Positions 23,377-35,490 of a DNA stretch of 64,000 nt are shown here, piece by piece. A program made the position numbers and the translations under genes. The stretch is from assembly GCF_963921235.1 (NCBI RefSeq), contig NC_086109.1, positions 15,750,001-15,814,000 on the forward strand, in the 5' to 3' direction. The stretch's first letter is position 1; each line of letters starts with the position of its first letter. The stretch comes from Mobula hypostoma. Taxonomy: Eukaryota. Below the pieces are notes generated by a model. The model saw nothing but the letters and a program-made list of their open reading frames with translations. It had not been told where the DNA came from and did no database searches.

Positions 23377-26180
23377 CTTTCCCCCCATCAAAATAGTCAT
23401 GTCTTCATGACTTGTAAATAATTTGTCATCCTATTATTAATAACACTGCTTTCAGAGGAATTTTGTGATGTCAGAACCTCCCATCCATTTGTAAATGGTA
23501 GTGACATATCTCACTAGGGGAATAGTCTTAACACTCTGTTCCCCCTGTACGACTTAGGGCAGCCTAAATGGGGGGTCTCCTGACTCTTTGAGATCTTCTT
23601 ACTCCATCATCTACACCTTCAGTTTCGGGCACTCCTTGGGATTCTTCTGGTCTACATGGCGAGGCCTCCTACTGTTTATTACTCGTGTCTTCTGGCAAAT
23701 CAGGTCTCTCTGCCACTTGGCTGAACTGAGCTTCATTCCCAGTTACGTCAGAGCCTAGCTCCACCCTCATGGTCCAGCTGCATGCCTGCCTGTCAGCATG
23801 AGAAGGGTGGGGAATCTCGTCCTCATTTAGAGGGGATTTAGCGAAAGGCAGCATATATCACACCCCCATTTCCTCATCCTCCAAGTCCGTATCCCATTCA
23901 GGGGCGGGGACCAGGCTAATCTTTCCTGCTGCTGGTCCTTCAGTCTCCCCAAGTCGCTGCAGAGTCCTTTTACTAGGTGTAGGGTCCAGGTCAGGCTCTG
24001 GATCAACACGTACCTTTTGTCCCAGAGGCAGAAGGTGGTTCCAATGGAGAATCTTGCAGGCCCTTTACCATCCTCTGGTTTCACTCGGAAAACTGGTACG
24101 TTTGGCATCTGACTCTCCACCACATAGGGTGAGGCCACCCAGTGGTCAGCCAACTTAATCTTCCCAGGTAGCCCCAAATTCCTTATGAGGACTTGATCTC
24201 CAGGCACATGTTGGGAGAACCTAACCTTTCTATCATATCTCCTCTTATTTCCTTGATTCTGCTTGGCAGCCGCGACCTCAGCTAATTCATAAGCCTTTTT
24301 CAGCTCCTTTCTCATATCAGACGCATACTTCAGGTAAGTCTTCTGCGGCAGATCTTCCTCGCCAGTCCCAAAACAGAGGTCAACGGGCAACCTCACCTCG
24401 TGCCCAAATATCAGATAATACGGCTAGTACCCAATAGCTTCATTCTGTGTCCAGTTGTAGCAGCGGACCAGATGTCCAATATGTTGACTCCACTTGTTCT
24501 TTTTTGCCAATCTCCAGGGTTCTGAGCATGTCTAACAAGGTCCGATTGGACTTCTCAGGCTGGGGATCACCCTGTGGCTGATAAGGCATAGTCCTCGACT
24601 TCTCAACTCCAAGCATGCTCAGTAACTCATGTATGAGCCTACTCTCGAAATCCCATCCCTGATCACTATGTACCCGCCTGGGGAAGCCATAATAAATGAA
24701 ACACTTCTCCGATAACACTTTGGCCATGGTGGACACCCTCTGATCCTTGGTAGAGAAGGCTTGCATGTATCTGGTGTAGTGATCTGTAATGACCAAGACA
24801 TTCGCCATGTTGCTGGCGTCTGGCTCTATTGACAGGAAATCCATACACACCAGGTCAAGTGGCTCCACACTCTGCAAGTGGCTCAATGGAATGGTCCTCA
24901 TAGGTAGCGTCTTCCTCCATGTACATCGAGTGCACAACTGGCAGTACTCTTCAACCTCCAGCTTTATTTGGGGCCAATAGAAATGATCTCTGAGCAATCC
25001 ATCGGTCTCGTCAATCCCCAAGTGGCCGGAATCATCATGAAGTGACTTCAACACATTCCTCTGATACTTCTCAGGCAGAACCAGCTGGGAATGCTGAGGC
25101 TGGCCCGGAGGCAGCGTGACCTGGTTCACGGGATCAGGTTCCTCAACTCCAGTCTGGGCCATTCTCTCAGTAGTAGAGACACGGCAGAGTGTTTCATCTT
25201 GTCTGCTTGGGCCGTGTCCCCTTTCGCAACCTCTGACCAAACAGTACCAATACACAGGTCATCTCGCTGAGTGGCTGCCACTTCCCCGGGGCTCAATTCT
25301 GCCAACTGCTTTGTCTTCAGAGCAGTCAGGGTGCGGTAAGCCTGTGGAATGGCGTCATCAGAAGCTCCCAGATGATCTACCGCTCGATTCTGCCCTTGCC
25401 TTTCCTCTGCCTTCACCGTGATGGAAAACTGGCACATGGCTTTGGCTCCAGGGGCAGGAACACTCTCACAATCTCTGTCCCTGTCAAGCCCTTCAAGTGC
25501 ACGTCGGGACAATGCATCGGCATTAATGTTCCGACTCTCTGACTGGTGCTTCAGGCTGAAGCCATAGGTAGATAACGCCACCAACTACCGATGGTCTGTG
25601 GTATACAGTTTCGCTGAGGCCAGGGTATAAGTCAATGGGTTGTTGTCTGTCATCACATCGAACTTGGCACCATATAACTTATCCACCACAACCCATTACA
25701 ATGCCAGGAACTCCAATTTGTGCATGGGGTAGTTTCGCTCAGAGGGTGACAGACTCCAGCTGACAAATGCGACACGTGCACTGATCCTGGTACAGAACAC
25801 CCCCAAACCCTCTCTGCTGGCACCTGTATACAATACATACGGCAACCAGGGGTCTGCAAAAGCCAGCACAGGCGCATTCGTCAGCAGCTCCTCCAGCAAC
25901 TGAAAGGCCTCTTCACATTTCGCATCCCATCTCACTCCAAAAGGCTCTGAAGGGCTAAGATAATCTTTACCAGCCTCTCCTTTCATCCTCCCTTTCTTCC
26001 CCAAGGGAAAGTAACCGCACAGAAGCTGATTTAAAGGGTGACTCACTTTACAGTAGCCCTTCACGAACTTCTGCTAGTACCCACAGAAACCAAGGAACGA
26101 GTGCAAGGTGCTCACAGTCTGGGGCCTTAGCCATGTGGTCACTGCCTCTATCTTAGATGGATCTGTCGCTACTCCATCCC
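23377..26180 (-). pseudogene. Gypsy (Ty3) pol remnant: end of RT, RNase H, integrase; frameshifted and 5'-truncated
   Basis: LTNAPVLAFADP and ERNYPMHKLEFLAL (RNase H); NINADALSR; integrase HHCC LHDDSGHLG...YCQLCTRC; core MDFLS, ITDHYTRY, HSDQGWDFES; C-terminal KLADHW..PYVV. Confidence 0.93.
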
Positions 26181-26599
26181 TCCCTTACTCTTCTGATCAC
26201 CTCAACAAACAGGGACAGAGAGACGTGTCTTATGAGACATTCAGAGACCCCAAGAGATCAGGTCTGGTGACTGGCCGCATTTCACCACCTGGTCCATTCT
26301 TAACTGATTCACCTCAGCCTTTTGAATGCGCCCCCCCACCCCCATGCCGCAAGCAACTCAGGTGCCTCTCTAGCAGAAAAATGCGGGCAGAAAGTTTCTT
26401 CCCCTCCTCCTGAAAAATGTTCTGAAACCCGTTTCCTTTCAGCACTGTGTGTGTGTGCTGGGTGAGCACTTTAGCTAATGGCTCATATTTGAGGGGACAC
26501 AGAAGAGCAGACTGCTCAGGAATGACTTGAAATTGCTGAGTCTGAAATTGGTAATCCAATGGAGGCAAATTTCAGCTGCGGCTGAGCTGAGTATCAGGG

Positions 26600-26830
26600 T
26601 AAAAACAACATGGAATTCGTGATGCCGGTGATATCGGTTCAGGAACACACTTGGGGGTCTAATCTGTTAGTCAGCAAATGGTCTGGTTCAGTTTCAGACA
26701 AGGATGGGCAAGGATGGAGTTATTGCAATGGAACAGAATTTGTGACGTCAAGTATAGACTACGATTTGGGCTTTGGCAGTATTTAGTTGAGTGAAATCTC
26801 GGTCCCCCATGTTTGTAGCCTGAGCAGATT
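26600..26830 (-). mobile_element. Ancient L2-type LINE RT fragment
   Basis: Minus-strand translation gives FTQLNTAKAQIVV..RHKFCSIA and LKLNQTI, which resembles the L2 FLQLN..KTE..RHKL...LRLNQTVRNLG region. Confidence 0.5.
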
Positions 26831-26859
26831 TTGAAACAACTTAGCAGCAAAGGTGTCTA

Positions 26860-27578
26860 TTGGAATCGGAACTCGAACTGGTCATATATACTGAGATACA
26901 GTGAGGAACATATGGATTATTTGCAATCCATAATAGATGATTTCAAAACACAAGTACTTTGGAATAGTACAAGGAATAAGCAGAAACAGACTGCGGAAAT
27001 ACTGTTACGGTGAAGGTGTAGAGCAGGTAGAGCAGAAGATGCAAGGGCCATGATGAGGTTCTGTTACATCAAGAGTTCATATTTATCATACACGACATCC
27101 ATTCAAGAGTCCTACAACAGTGAGGTAGAAACTATCCTTCAGCCTGCTGGTGCCCGTTCAAGCTTTTGCATCTTCTGTCTGATGGTAGTGGGGAGAAATG
27201 AGAGTGTCTAGAAACATAGAAACATAGAAAATAGGTGCAGGAGTAGGCCATTCGGCCCTTCGAGCCTGCACCGCCATTCAGTACGATCACGGCTGATCGT
27301 CCAACTCAGAACCCTGTACCTGCCTTCTCTCCATACCCCAAGGGTGGGAGGGGTCTTTAATTGTACTGTCTACTTTTCCTCAGCAGTGGGAAGTGCAGAC
27401 AGAGTTCATGGAGGAGAGCCTGGTCTTTGTGATGCATCTGTGCAGTTTCTTATGGCTGTGGCTGGAGTAGTTGCCGCACCAATCGGAGATGCATCTGAAC
27501 GCGATGCTTTCCATGGTGCATTGATAAAAGTTGGTGAGGATCATCAGGGACGTGCCAACTTTTTTTTGACTTTCTGAG
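26860..27578 (-). mobile_element. Rex1/Babar 3' fragment interrupted by a CR1 tail
   Basis: Reverse-complemented Rex1 motifs (AACTATCCTTCAGCCTGCTGGTG...GATGGTAGTGGGGAG; CGCGATGCTTTCCATGGTGCATTGATAAAAG). Confidence 0.7.
27209..27339 (-). mobile_element. Young CR1 3'-terminal fragment
   Basis: Near-identical reverse complement of 11479-11607, including the TAGAAACA tandem tail. Confidence 0.92.
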
Positions 27579-28499
27579 GAATTAAAGGAAACTTCCTCTG
27601 CAGAGGCAACAGTTGTTCAGTGCGTATGCAGAAATAAATGATGCTGTGCTTGTTATATGTCCCTTGATACCCTGATGCAACAAAAGCCTATCTGTCTTGA
27701 TAGAAGCAATTGTTGCCTGGGATCCCCATGGGCCTTTGTGGCATAGAATTCCAGATTTCTAATGCCCGATGTGGATAATGAAGCTTAGAATATACAGCAA
27801 TTCAGTTGCATGTCTTTTTGCTTTAGGTATAATTAATAACTTTTTAAAGATAAATATTCAAAATCCGTGGCACCTAATTGTCACCTGTCGTCTGGACTTG
27901 CGTCATTAAAAGCCATATCAATCCTTATTCACATATGTGAGCATTGCATAGAAATCTGGAATTGCTTGACATGCATCAGCAAATGTCTGCACAAACAACA
28001 TCTGCCAATTAGTTTTTACCAGCTAGTGATTTTGATGATTTGTTACACTGTGTAAATCTAAGCAGCCATTACTGCTTCCTAAGTAATGTTTTAGCAAATA
28101 GTTTATTGACTGGTTTTTTTTTTATTGTGCTGGCGACTTCTGCAGATCTTATCAATGAAATATGAAACAGATTGTCTGGGGGGAGAAATTCATCCTTGAA
28201 CCTACTGACGTTGATGGGCTTGAGATTCGAAGGTGGTGTACGATGCATAGGTGACATCATATTTTATATTTCACACTTCTGGTCCCAAGGACAAGTTTCC
28301 CGGCATCAGGCCTTTCTGGCCAGATGATTGGTGAGGGGTAAGTGAGGTCAGGAAGCTTATTTTGATATTTTTACTGTCACAAAATAATGACACTTCTGAC
28401 AAATCAACACACTCCCACTGCTAAACAGGGGCTTCAGACTTAGACAGAGAAAGGAACTTGAAATTTTAAACCAGTATGTCTAGATATCTCAGTGGAAAA

Positions 28500-28660
28500 C
28501 ATACCGAATGCTGGAGCAGCTCAGTAGGTAGGCAGCACCTATGGAAAGCAATAAAGACAACACAAGCAAAATGCTGGAGCAACTCAGCAGGCCAGCCAGC
28601 ATCTATGGAAAGGAGTAAGTGGTCAACATTTCAGGCCAAGACTGTTCATCAGGACTGGAA
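28500..28660 (-). mobile_element. Penelope-type repeat fragments (tandem) with hammerhead-like motif
   Basis: Two ATGCTGGAGCA.CTCAG units. Minus strand CCAGTC-CTGATGA-A-CAGTCTTGGCCT-GAAAT-GTT-GACC at 28658-28621. Confidence 0.6.
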
Positions 28661-28904
28661 AAAAATTTGGTATCCTGTTTTATATTATTGGATAGTCTGC
28701 CCTCATATCTCATCTTTTCCCTTCTTATAGCTTTTTTTAGTTGCCTTTTGTTGGATTATTAAAGCTTCTCAATCACTTTTCTACATTATATGCCCTTTCC
28801 TTGGCTCTTATGCAGTCTTTAACTTCCCTTGACAGCCACAGTTGCCTACCCCTGCCATTAGAAAACTTCTTTGTGGGAAGTTTTGTGGGACATATCTATT
28901 CTGG

Positions 28905-29195
28905 AGGGGAAGAAGCTGTTCCTGAAACATTGAGTGTGTGTCTTCAGGCTTCTGTACCTCCCTCCTGATGGTAGTAATGAGAAGAGGGCATGTCCTGGGT
29001 GGTGAGGGTCCTTATTGGTGGATGCCGCCTTTCTGAGGCATTGCCATTTGGAGATGTCCTCCGTAGCGGGAAGGTGAGTGATCATGATAGAGCTCGCTGA
29101 GTTTACAACCCTCTGCAGCATTTTTTTTTCTGATCCTGTGCATTGGTGCCTCTAACAACCAGTCAGAATGCATACTACATCTGTAGAAATTTGCT
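28905..29195 (-). mobile_element. Rex1/Babar 3' fragment
   Basis: LQRVVNSASSI...CLRKAASTNKDPHHPGHALFSLLPSGGRYRSLKTHTQCFRNSFFPS. Confidence 0.88.
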
Positions 29196-30570
29196 AGACA
29201 CAATCATCAACACCCCAAATCCCTCTCCCCCAACACAAAAAGCAATGCAAAAGAACAGAGAAAACATAGAATATAAAAACCGTAAGACCGAAAAAAGGTC
29301 CACAGTCCATAGTCCAAAATTCATACGCAGGAACTTCGGTACCATTCACCAGCATTATCAAATGTTACCAAGTTTTCTGCGTATGTACAGGTACATGGAC
29401 ACAAGGATTCCTGCAGGCAAATAGGACTAAATTGGATAGACATCTTGGTCAGCATGGAGCAGCTGGGCCGAAGGTCCTGATTCCATGTTGTATAACTCTA
29501 TGACTGAGTCACTTGAGCTGTGAGGTAAATTTTTAATCTTGGGGCTGTCACTAAGGCAAGGCTGATATTTTGGATCAATCATGGTTCCTGGATGATGTTA
29601 AGAATGCCTAAATCCTATCAAACAGAGCACATAATAAAAAAAACTTTATTGGCTTGATATTGTATCCTACAGTAAAAGAGACTGCTAGTAGCCAATGAAT
29701 TTGCAAATATTGCATACACTTCTGTGGCCTTTTGAATTCCTAAAACAAACACTTCAGGCGAAGGCTTCAAAGCTCTGAGGCATCAGACTCTAATAAAACT
29801 TATGTACTGACTGCTGCCTGGTGAGATGAAGCCCAAACCAATCAATAATAATCCTGCATTCTTTTCAACAGAATACTGCTAGAATTCTCTTTTGTAGGCG
29901 TTCTTTGGTGACAGTTTAATGAAGAACAGTTGGCGTGTGGGCAGGACAAGGTGTTGCTATGCTACGAGAAAACAAAAGAAATCTTTTTTTTGTAAATCAC
30001 GGGGATACAATGCAGTTCTGACTTCCGGAGGTATTTCATAGGAAACAACAATTAAGAATTTATATCCTTAATTGATTATTCTTGTTAGGAAGCTAGAAAA
30101 ATCGAAGGCTGTTGTTTGTTGAAGGAAGGGGTGAACTCTCTCTTTCACTCCTTCTCCTACTACCACAATAACACATACATACATACATGCATACGTACAT
30201 CACAAAACCTGTCAGATTATTTACGATGCAGACAGCTATTTGGCCTGCCATGTTATCCAGAGCAACCCTGGCAAACCCTTTTCAGGATCCTTCCTGAGAA
30301 TACATTAGGAACACTAAAAATAGTACCGGTCTCCATATTATAATCTGGATAGAGAGACACTGGAGGAGGTACAAAATGATTGGAATGAGACTGGTCTGGA
30401 AGGTTATACCTTCATGTGAGCTGAAACCAATGGGGATATATTTCTCTTGAAAAGTGGAGGTTGAAAAGTGACCTATCAGGGGTCATTCAAAATTTTTTCG
30501 GGATTTTATAAAATTAATTCTCAAGTTAAAGTAGTGTCAGGGTAATCTTACTTGCAAGAATGTTGGGCCA

Positions 30571-30915
30571 CCCTAACCCTAATGCAATACCCTCAACTAA
30601 TCCTAACCAACACTCCCACTAACCCTTACTACATCTTCTAAATATACCCACATTGCCTAATACTAACAACATCACCTATGGCTAACCCCTATTCTTAACC
30701 TCATACCATAACCCTAACAACATCTCTTATGGCTAACCACATCCACTGTTCCTAACCACATACCCTAATCCTAACTGCATCTCCTATTCTTAATCACATC
30801 TCCTAACACTAACCACATCCCCTATTCTTAAACATATCTCCTAACCCTAACCACATCCCCTGTTCCTAACCACAAACCCCATTCCCTCCCATATCTCCTA
30901 ACCCTAACAACATCC
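30571..30915. repeat. Degenerate CCCTAA-containing (telomere-like) minisatellite
   Basis: Many CCTAAC/CCCTAA cores within ~18-20-bp units such as CCTAACCACATCCCCTATTC. Confidence 0.8.
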
Positions 30916-32205
30916 CGGGGCATGCCCTCAAAGTGTGTGCTGAACAGTTGGCTGGTGTGCTTACGAATATTTTTAATCTTTCCCTTTCCCAGTGTGTAGT
31001 GCCCTCCTGTGTCAAATTGTCCATCATCGTCCCTGTGCCTAAGGAAACCAAGGTAGCATGCCTGAATGATTGGTGTCCTGTCGCACTTACCTCAATTATA
31101 AGCACATGCTTTGAGAGGCTGGTTAAAGACTACATCTGCGGCATGCTACCATTCACCAGACCCCCTACAATTTGCCTACTGAAGGAACCGATAACACCAT
31201 AGACACAGCACTATACATTGTCCTGACTCACCTGGAGAAGAGGGATGCATATGTTAGAATGCTGTTCCTGGACTACAGTTCAGCATTCAATACCATAATT
31301 CCCTTCAGATTTAACAGGAAGCTCAGAGACTTTGGCCTGCACCACTCCTTATGCATTTGAATCCTATCGGATCACTGACAGGTGGTAAGGATGGGCTCCC
31401 TCACCTCTGCCCTTCTGACTCTCAACACAGGTGCCCCCAGGGTTGTGTCTTGAGTCCCCCTCTCTACTCACTCTACACCAATGACTGTACTGCCACACAC
31501 AGGTCCAATCTGCTGATCAAATTCACAGATGACTCGACCTTGATCGGCCTTATTTCTCGTGGTAATGAGACAGCCTACAGAGGAAAGGTTGACACCCTGA
31601 CACGGTGGTGCCAAGGTAATAACTTCTCCCTCAATGTCCAAAAAACAAAAGAGCTGATTGTGGATTACAGGAGGAACGGAGACGGACTCAGCCTGATCAA
31701 CATCAATGGGTCTGTGCTTGAGAGGGTGAGTAGTTTCGAATTCCTCTGTATAACACATCACGGATGACCTCACCTGGACTATACACACCAGCTTTGTGGC
31801 AAAAAAAAAGCACAACAGCGTTTCTTCCAACACAGGCAACTGAAGATGTTTGGCATGGGCCCCCAAATCCTCAAAACCTTCTACAGGGGCACCATTGAGA
31901 GCATCCTGACTGGCTGTATCACCGCCTGGTACGGGAACTGCATCAACCTTGATCTCTGGGCACTGCAGAGAGTAGTATGGACAGCCCAGCACATCTGGGA
32001 TATGATCTTCCCTCCACTGAGGACATTTACAGCAGCAGGTGCAGAAAGAAGGCCTTGAAGATCATCAGGGACACCAGTCACCCCAACCAAAAACTGTTTC
32101 AGCTGCTTCCGTCTGGCAAACGGTACCGTAGCTTTAAAGCCAGGACCAACAGGTTACGAGACAGCTTTTTTCTGTAAGGTATTAGACTTTTAAATTCACA
32201 TGTCT
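30910..32205 (+). pseudogene. Rex1/Babar LINE reverse transcriptase, 5'-truncated and frameshifted
   Basis: LKVCAEQLAGVLTNIFNLSLSQCVVP..PVPK..LNDWCPVALTS; YVRMLFLDYSSAFNTII; PQGCVLSP; IKFTDD; FYRGTIESILTGCITAWYGNC; LPSGKRYRSFKARTNRLRDSFF. Confidence 0.95.
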
Positions 32206-32224
32206 GTAGGAGAGGAGACCTCCC

Positions 32225-32785
32225 TGTTACAGGAAAGTCACAGTTAAACTAGAAAGAGTGCAGTAAAGACTTATGAGGATGTTACCAGGACCAGAGGGAG
32301 AGGTTGTCCAGGCCAGGTTTTTATTACTTGGAACATAGGAGAATGTGGGGGCAACCTTACGGAAGGGTTTTGAAGGCATAGATAAGGTGGTTGGTAACAG
32401 TCTTCCTTTTCCCCAGGGTATGGATTGTTTCAGCCAGGGGGCATAGCTTTAGGGTGAGAGGGTAAATTTAAAAGGGACCTTAAAGGGCAACTTTTTCTCA
32501 CACAGAAGATGATATAAATCTATATATATAGATAGATAGATGGATAGATAGCTAGAAAAAGTGGTGAATATATATCTGGAAGAACCAGTAGAAGTAGTGA
32601 AGTGGTTGAGGCAGGAATAATAGTATCATTTAAGAGGCACTTGAATAGGTAAAGGAGGGGGGTAATGCATACCGCCTGGAGGGATATAGGCCAAAAGAAG
32701 GAAATTAGATTGAACTAAGTGGGCAACGTAGTTGGCATGGACTCATTGGGCCAAAGAATCTGTGCAATATTGCTCTATGACTCTA
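32225..32785 (+). mobile_element. Decayed CR1 3' region
   Basis: CTAGAAAGAGTGCAG...ATGAGGATGTTACCAGG; 3' end GGCATGGACTCATTGGGCCAAAG...CTCTATGACTCT. Confidence 0.65.
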
Positions 32786-33099
32786 GCAGTCTATATGCCT
32801 GGTCTGCCATTCAGTAAGATCAGCGGTGACTATTTATCTTAGTGCTATTTTCATATCCCTTGATTCCCTCAATATCCAAAAGACTTGCCCAAATTATGCA
32901 ATCGTGGAAATTTATGGCACAGAATAAGGCCTTTCAGCCTATTTTGTTCATGCTGATATAACATCTCCCCCTACCCAACTCTTGGCCTGTAGTTCTTTAC
33001 TGCACTTGGAACTCATCCAGGTACTCTTTAAATGTGATGAGGAGTTTCATTTCTGCCACTGCATCAAACATTGATTTTTAGACACCAATGGTTTTTTAA

Positions 33100-33325
33100 C
33101 ACCATAGGAGTAGAATTAGGCTATTGGTCCAATCGAGTCTGTTGATTTACTATCACTCTCAACCCTATTATCTTGCCTTCTCCCCATAACCTTTGAAGCC
33201 CTTTTCTAATCAAGAACATATCAACATCCACTTTATATGTATACAATGACTTGGCCTCCACAGCTGTCCATAGCAATGAGTTCCTCATGTTTACCAGCCT
33301 CTGGCTAAAGAAATTAATTTCATTA
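33100..33325 (-). mobile_element. CR1 3' fragment
   Basis: NFFSQRLVNMRNSLLWTAVEAKSL is the CR1 ORF2 end, followed by 3' UTR. Confidence 0.75.
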
Positions 33326-34582
33326 AACGTAGTTCCCCTCAACTCCCATCTCTTTCTATCTATCACTCTAACTCCATATCCCCTGAATATTAACCTCTTT
33401 GCAATGGGAAAATTTGGTTTGTTTCTGATGAAAATTAACTTCAAGCTTTAATAACCTTAGTGCCTCTGTCTCATAAAGTGGAAAATCAAAGTGGGAATAT
33501 GACGCCTATTAAAAATGGACTTATGAGGGCAGATTTTTGTTAGACTTCTGTACAGGAAGATAAGTGTATGATTCTGCATTTGTAATTTAAAGTGAGAAAG
33601 TAAGCCGTGTTCTTGATGATTGGAGACTCATTAAAATGCACAACTACAGTGAAAACGATCCCTGGGAAAATTGTTCTTCTTTTGTTTTGTCCATAATATG
33701 AGCCTCACATTGAAAACCTGGGCACAGCAAGGACCCTTAAAGCAAAGCACTGACTTTAGGATTTGCTTCTTTTTAATTGTGATTCTACTTGACTGAATTT
33801 ACAGGCAGAATTTGCAGCAGGGTTTCAGACCATTCCAGCCCTTCAGCCTTGAGCAAGGATTAACTCTACCCGCAGACCTCCTCATGCCACCCTTCATCTT
33901 ATCCTATCAGCATTGCTTCCCTCTTCCTGTGCTTGACTAATTTCCCCTTAAAAGCATGAGTGCTGTTCAAATAATCCCCTCCAAGTAGTGGGAAACTCGA
34001 CAAGCCCTTCACTCTCTTGGTAACGGAAAGGTTATGAAATTTTAGTTGGTTCCAGCAATCAGACATCATTTTCTCTGGATCCTTCCCTTCCCTTACTTGA
34101 CAATACTTCACTTCATTGCTATGAGCTTTGCCTTATAAAGGAAGGGAACCATGTGTATCCTCTGTATTTCTCATTGGAATAGGATTTTCTAGTGATCCAA
34201 CCAGCCCAGCTGAATTAACCACCAATCATTATGCTGTGATCTCCATGTTGCCAGATGATTTTAACACAGAGTTGTTCTTCTCTCCACTGATGTGAACATC
34301 TCATTTGGATTACGATATTCTATATGTACGGATGTTCGTGGAAAATGCTTTCCTGTTCTATATTCCATCTTCCATTGTCAGCAAACTATTTTGGCACTGA
34401 AATGTGTGGCGACACTTGCCGGTCGCCCCCAGTACACCCTCGGGTTGGTTGTTAACGCGAACTGTGTGGTTCGACGTACTCATGGCAAATAAACTTGAAT
34501 CTTGAATCTTAACTCCATCCTCTTTTCACATAGCTTTTATCATACTGAGGAATGTTCACATTGGAGAACTTTTTGAACCATG

Positions 34583-34962
34583 AGGGGTGGCGGGGTGGAG
34601 ATACGTAACTACCAAAGGAGGTGTAGGGGGCTCATTTCCTCCGCTTGCCGGCAGGTCCCTCCTGGGCAAGGTGAAGCAGCTGCTTAGCTCCCCCGATCAG
34701 GGTCACATGAAGCCATGGGAGCAGGTGGTGGATGGTCGTAATAGTAGCTGGTGCACATCACAAGTCCTAGTTAAGTGACCACTGATGCCAGGCAGACAAT
34801 CTCTGAACAGTAGTGATAATGATTGGGGGTCACTCATCTTGTAAAAACACTGCCCAGAAGGAGACAATGGCAAACCGCTTCTGTGGAATAACTTGCCAAG
34901 AACAATCATGGAGACCATGATCATCCACATCATAAACTCAGCACATAATGAAGAAGATGAAG
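34583..34962 (+). mobile_element. RTE-associated non-autonomous retroposon (copy 1)
   Basis: Colinear with 37235-37615. Contains CAGAAG...CAATGGCAAACC..TTCTG...TTGCCAAGAA, similar to the RTE/Bov-A motif, and a (GAA/GAT)n tail. Confidence 0.7.
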
Positions 34963-34974
34963 CTGATTAGACTA

Positions 34975-35490
34975 TTAGATTAGATTATGAGGACACGCAG
35001 TCCTCTTTTATTGTCAATTTAGTAATGCATGCATTAAGAAATGATACAATGTTCCTCCAGAATGATATCACGGAAACACATGACAAACCGACTTAAAAAT
35101 TAACAAAAACCACATAATTATGACATATGGTTACAACAGTGCAAAACAATACCGTAATTTGATAAGAACAGACCATGGCATGGTAAAAGTCTCAAAAGTC
35201 TCTCGAAAGTCCCATCATCTCACACAGACAGTGAACCTCCAGCGCCACCAACTTGCCGATGCAGCATACTGGAAACACACGACCAGAGTCCGACTCCGAG
35301 TCCGTCTGAAAACTCCGGGCCTCCAACCATATCTGCAACACCGAGCGCCAAGCACCATCTCTGCTGAGCGCTTCGACCCCGGCCCCGGAAACAGGCAATA
35401 GGCAAAGCCGAGGATTTGGGACCTTCGTCTCCGGAGATTCTCGATCGCACAGTAGCAGCGGCAACGAAGCAGGCATGAGAGATTTGCATG
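34975..35490 (-). mobile_element. CpG-rich short retroposon with (AATCT)n tail
   Basis: TTAGATTAGATT tail and TTTTATTGTCA (reverse TGACAATAAAA) typical of the Rex1-type 3' ends here. The body retains many CpGs. Confidence 0.6.

Noticed and set aside
23827..26064. Domesticated Gypsy integrase gene
   Set aside because: Multiple frameshifts and stops, with LTR and PPT still attached, indicate neutral decay.
34583..34700. HDV-like ribozyme at the 5' end of the RTE-associated element
   Set aside because: P1-like and P4-like pairings can be drawn, but I could not fit a canonical P3/L3 or J4/2. It is unsupported without a covariance search.
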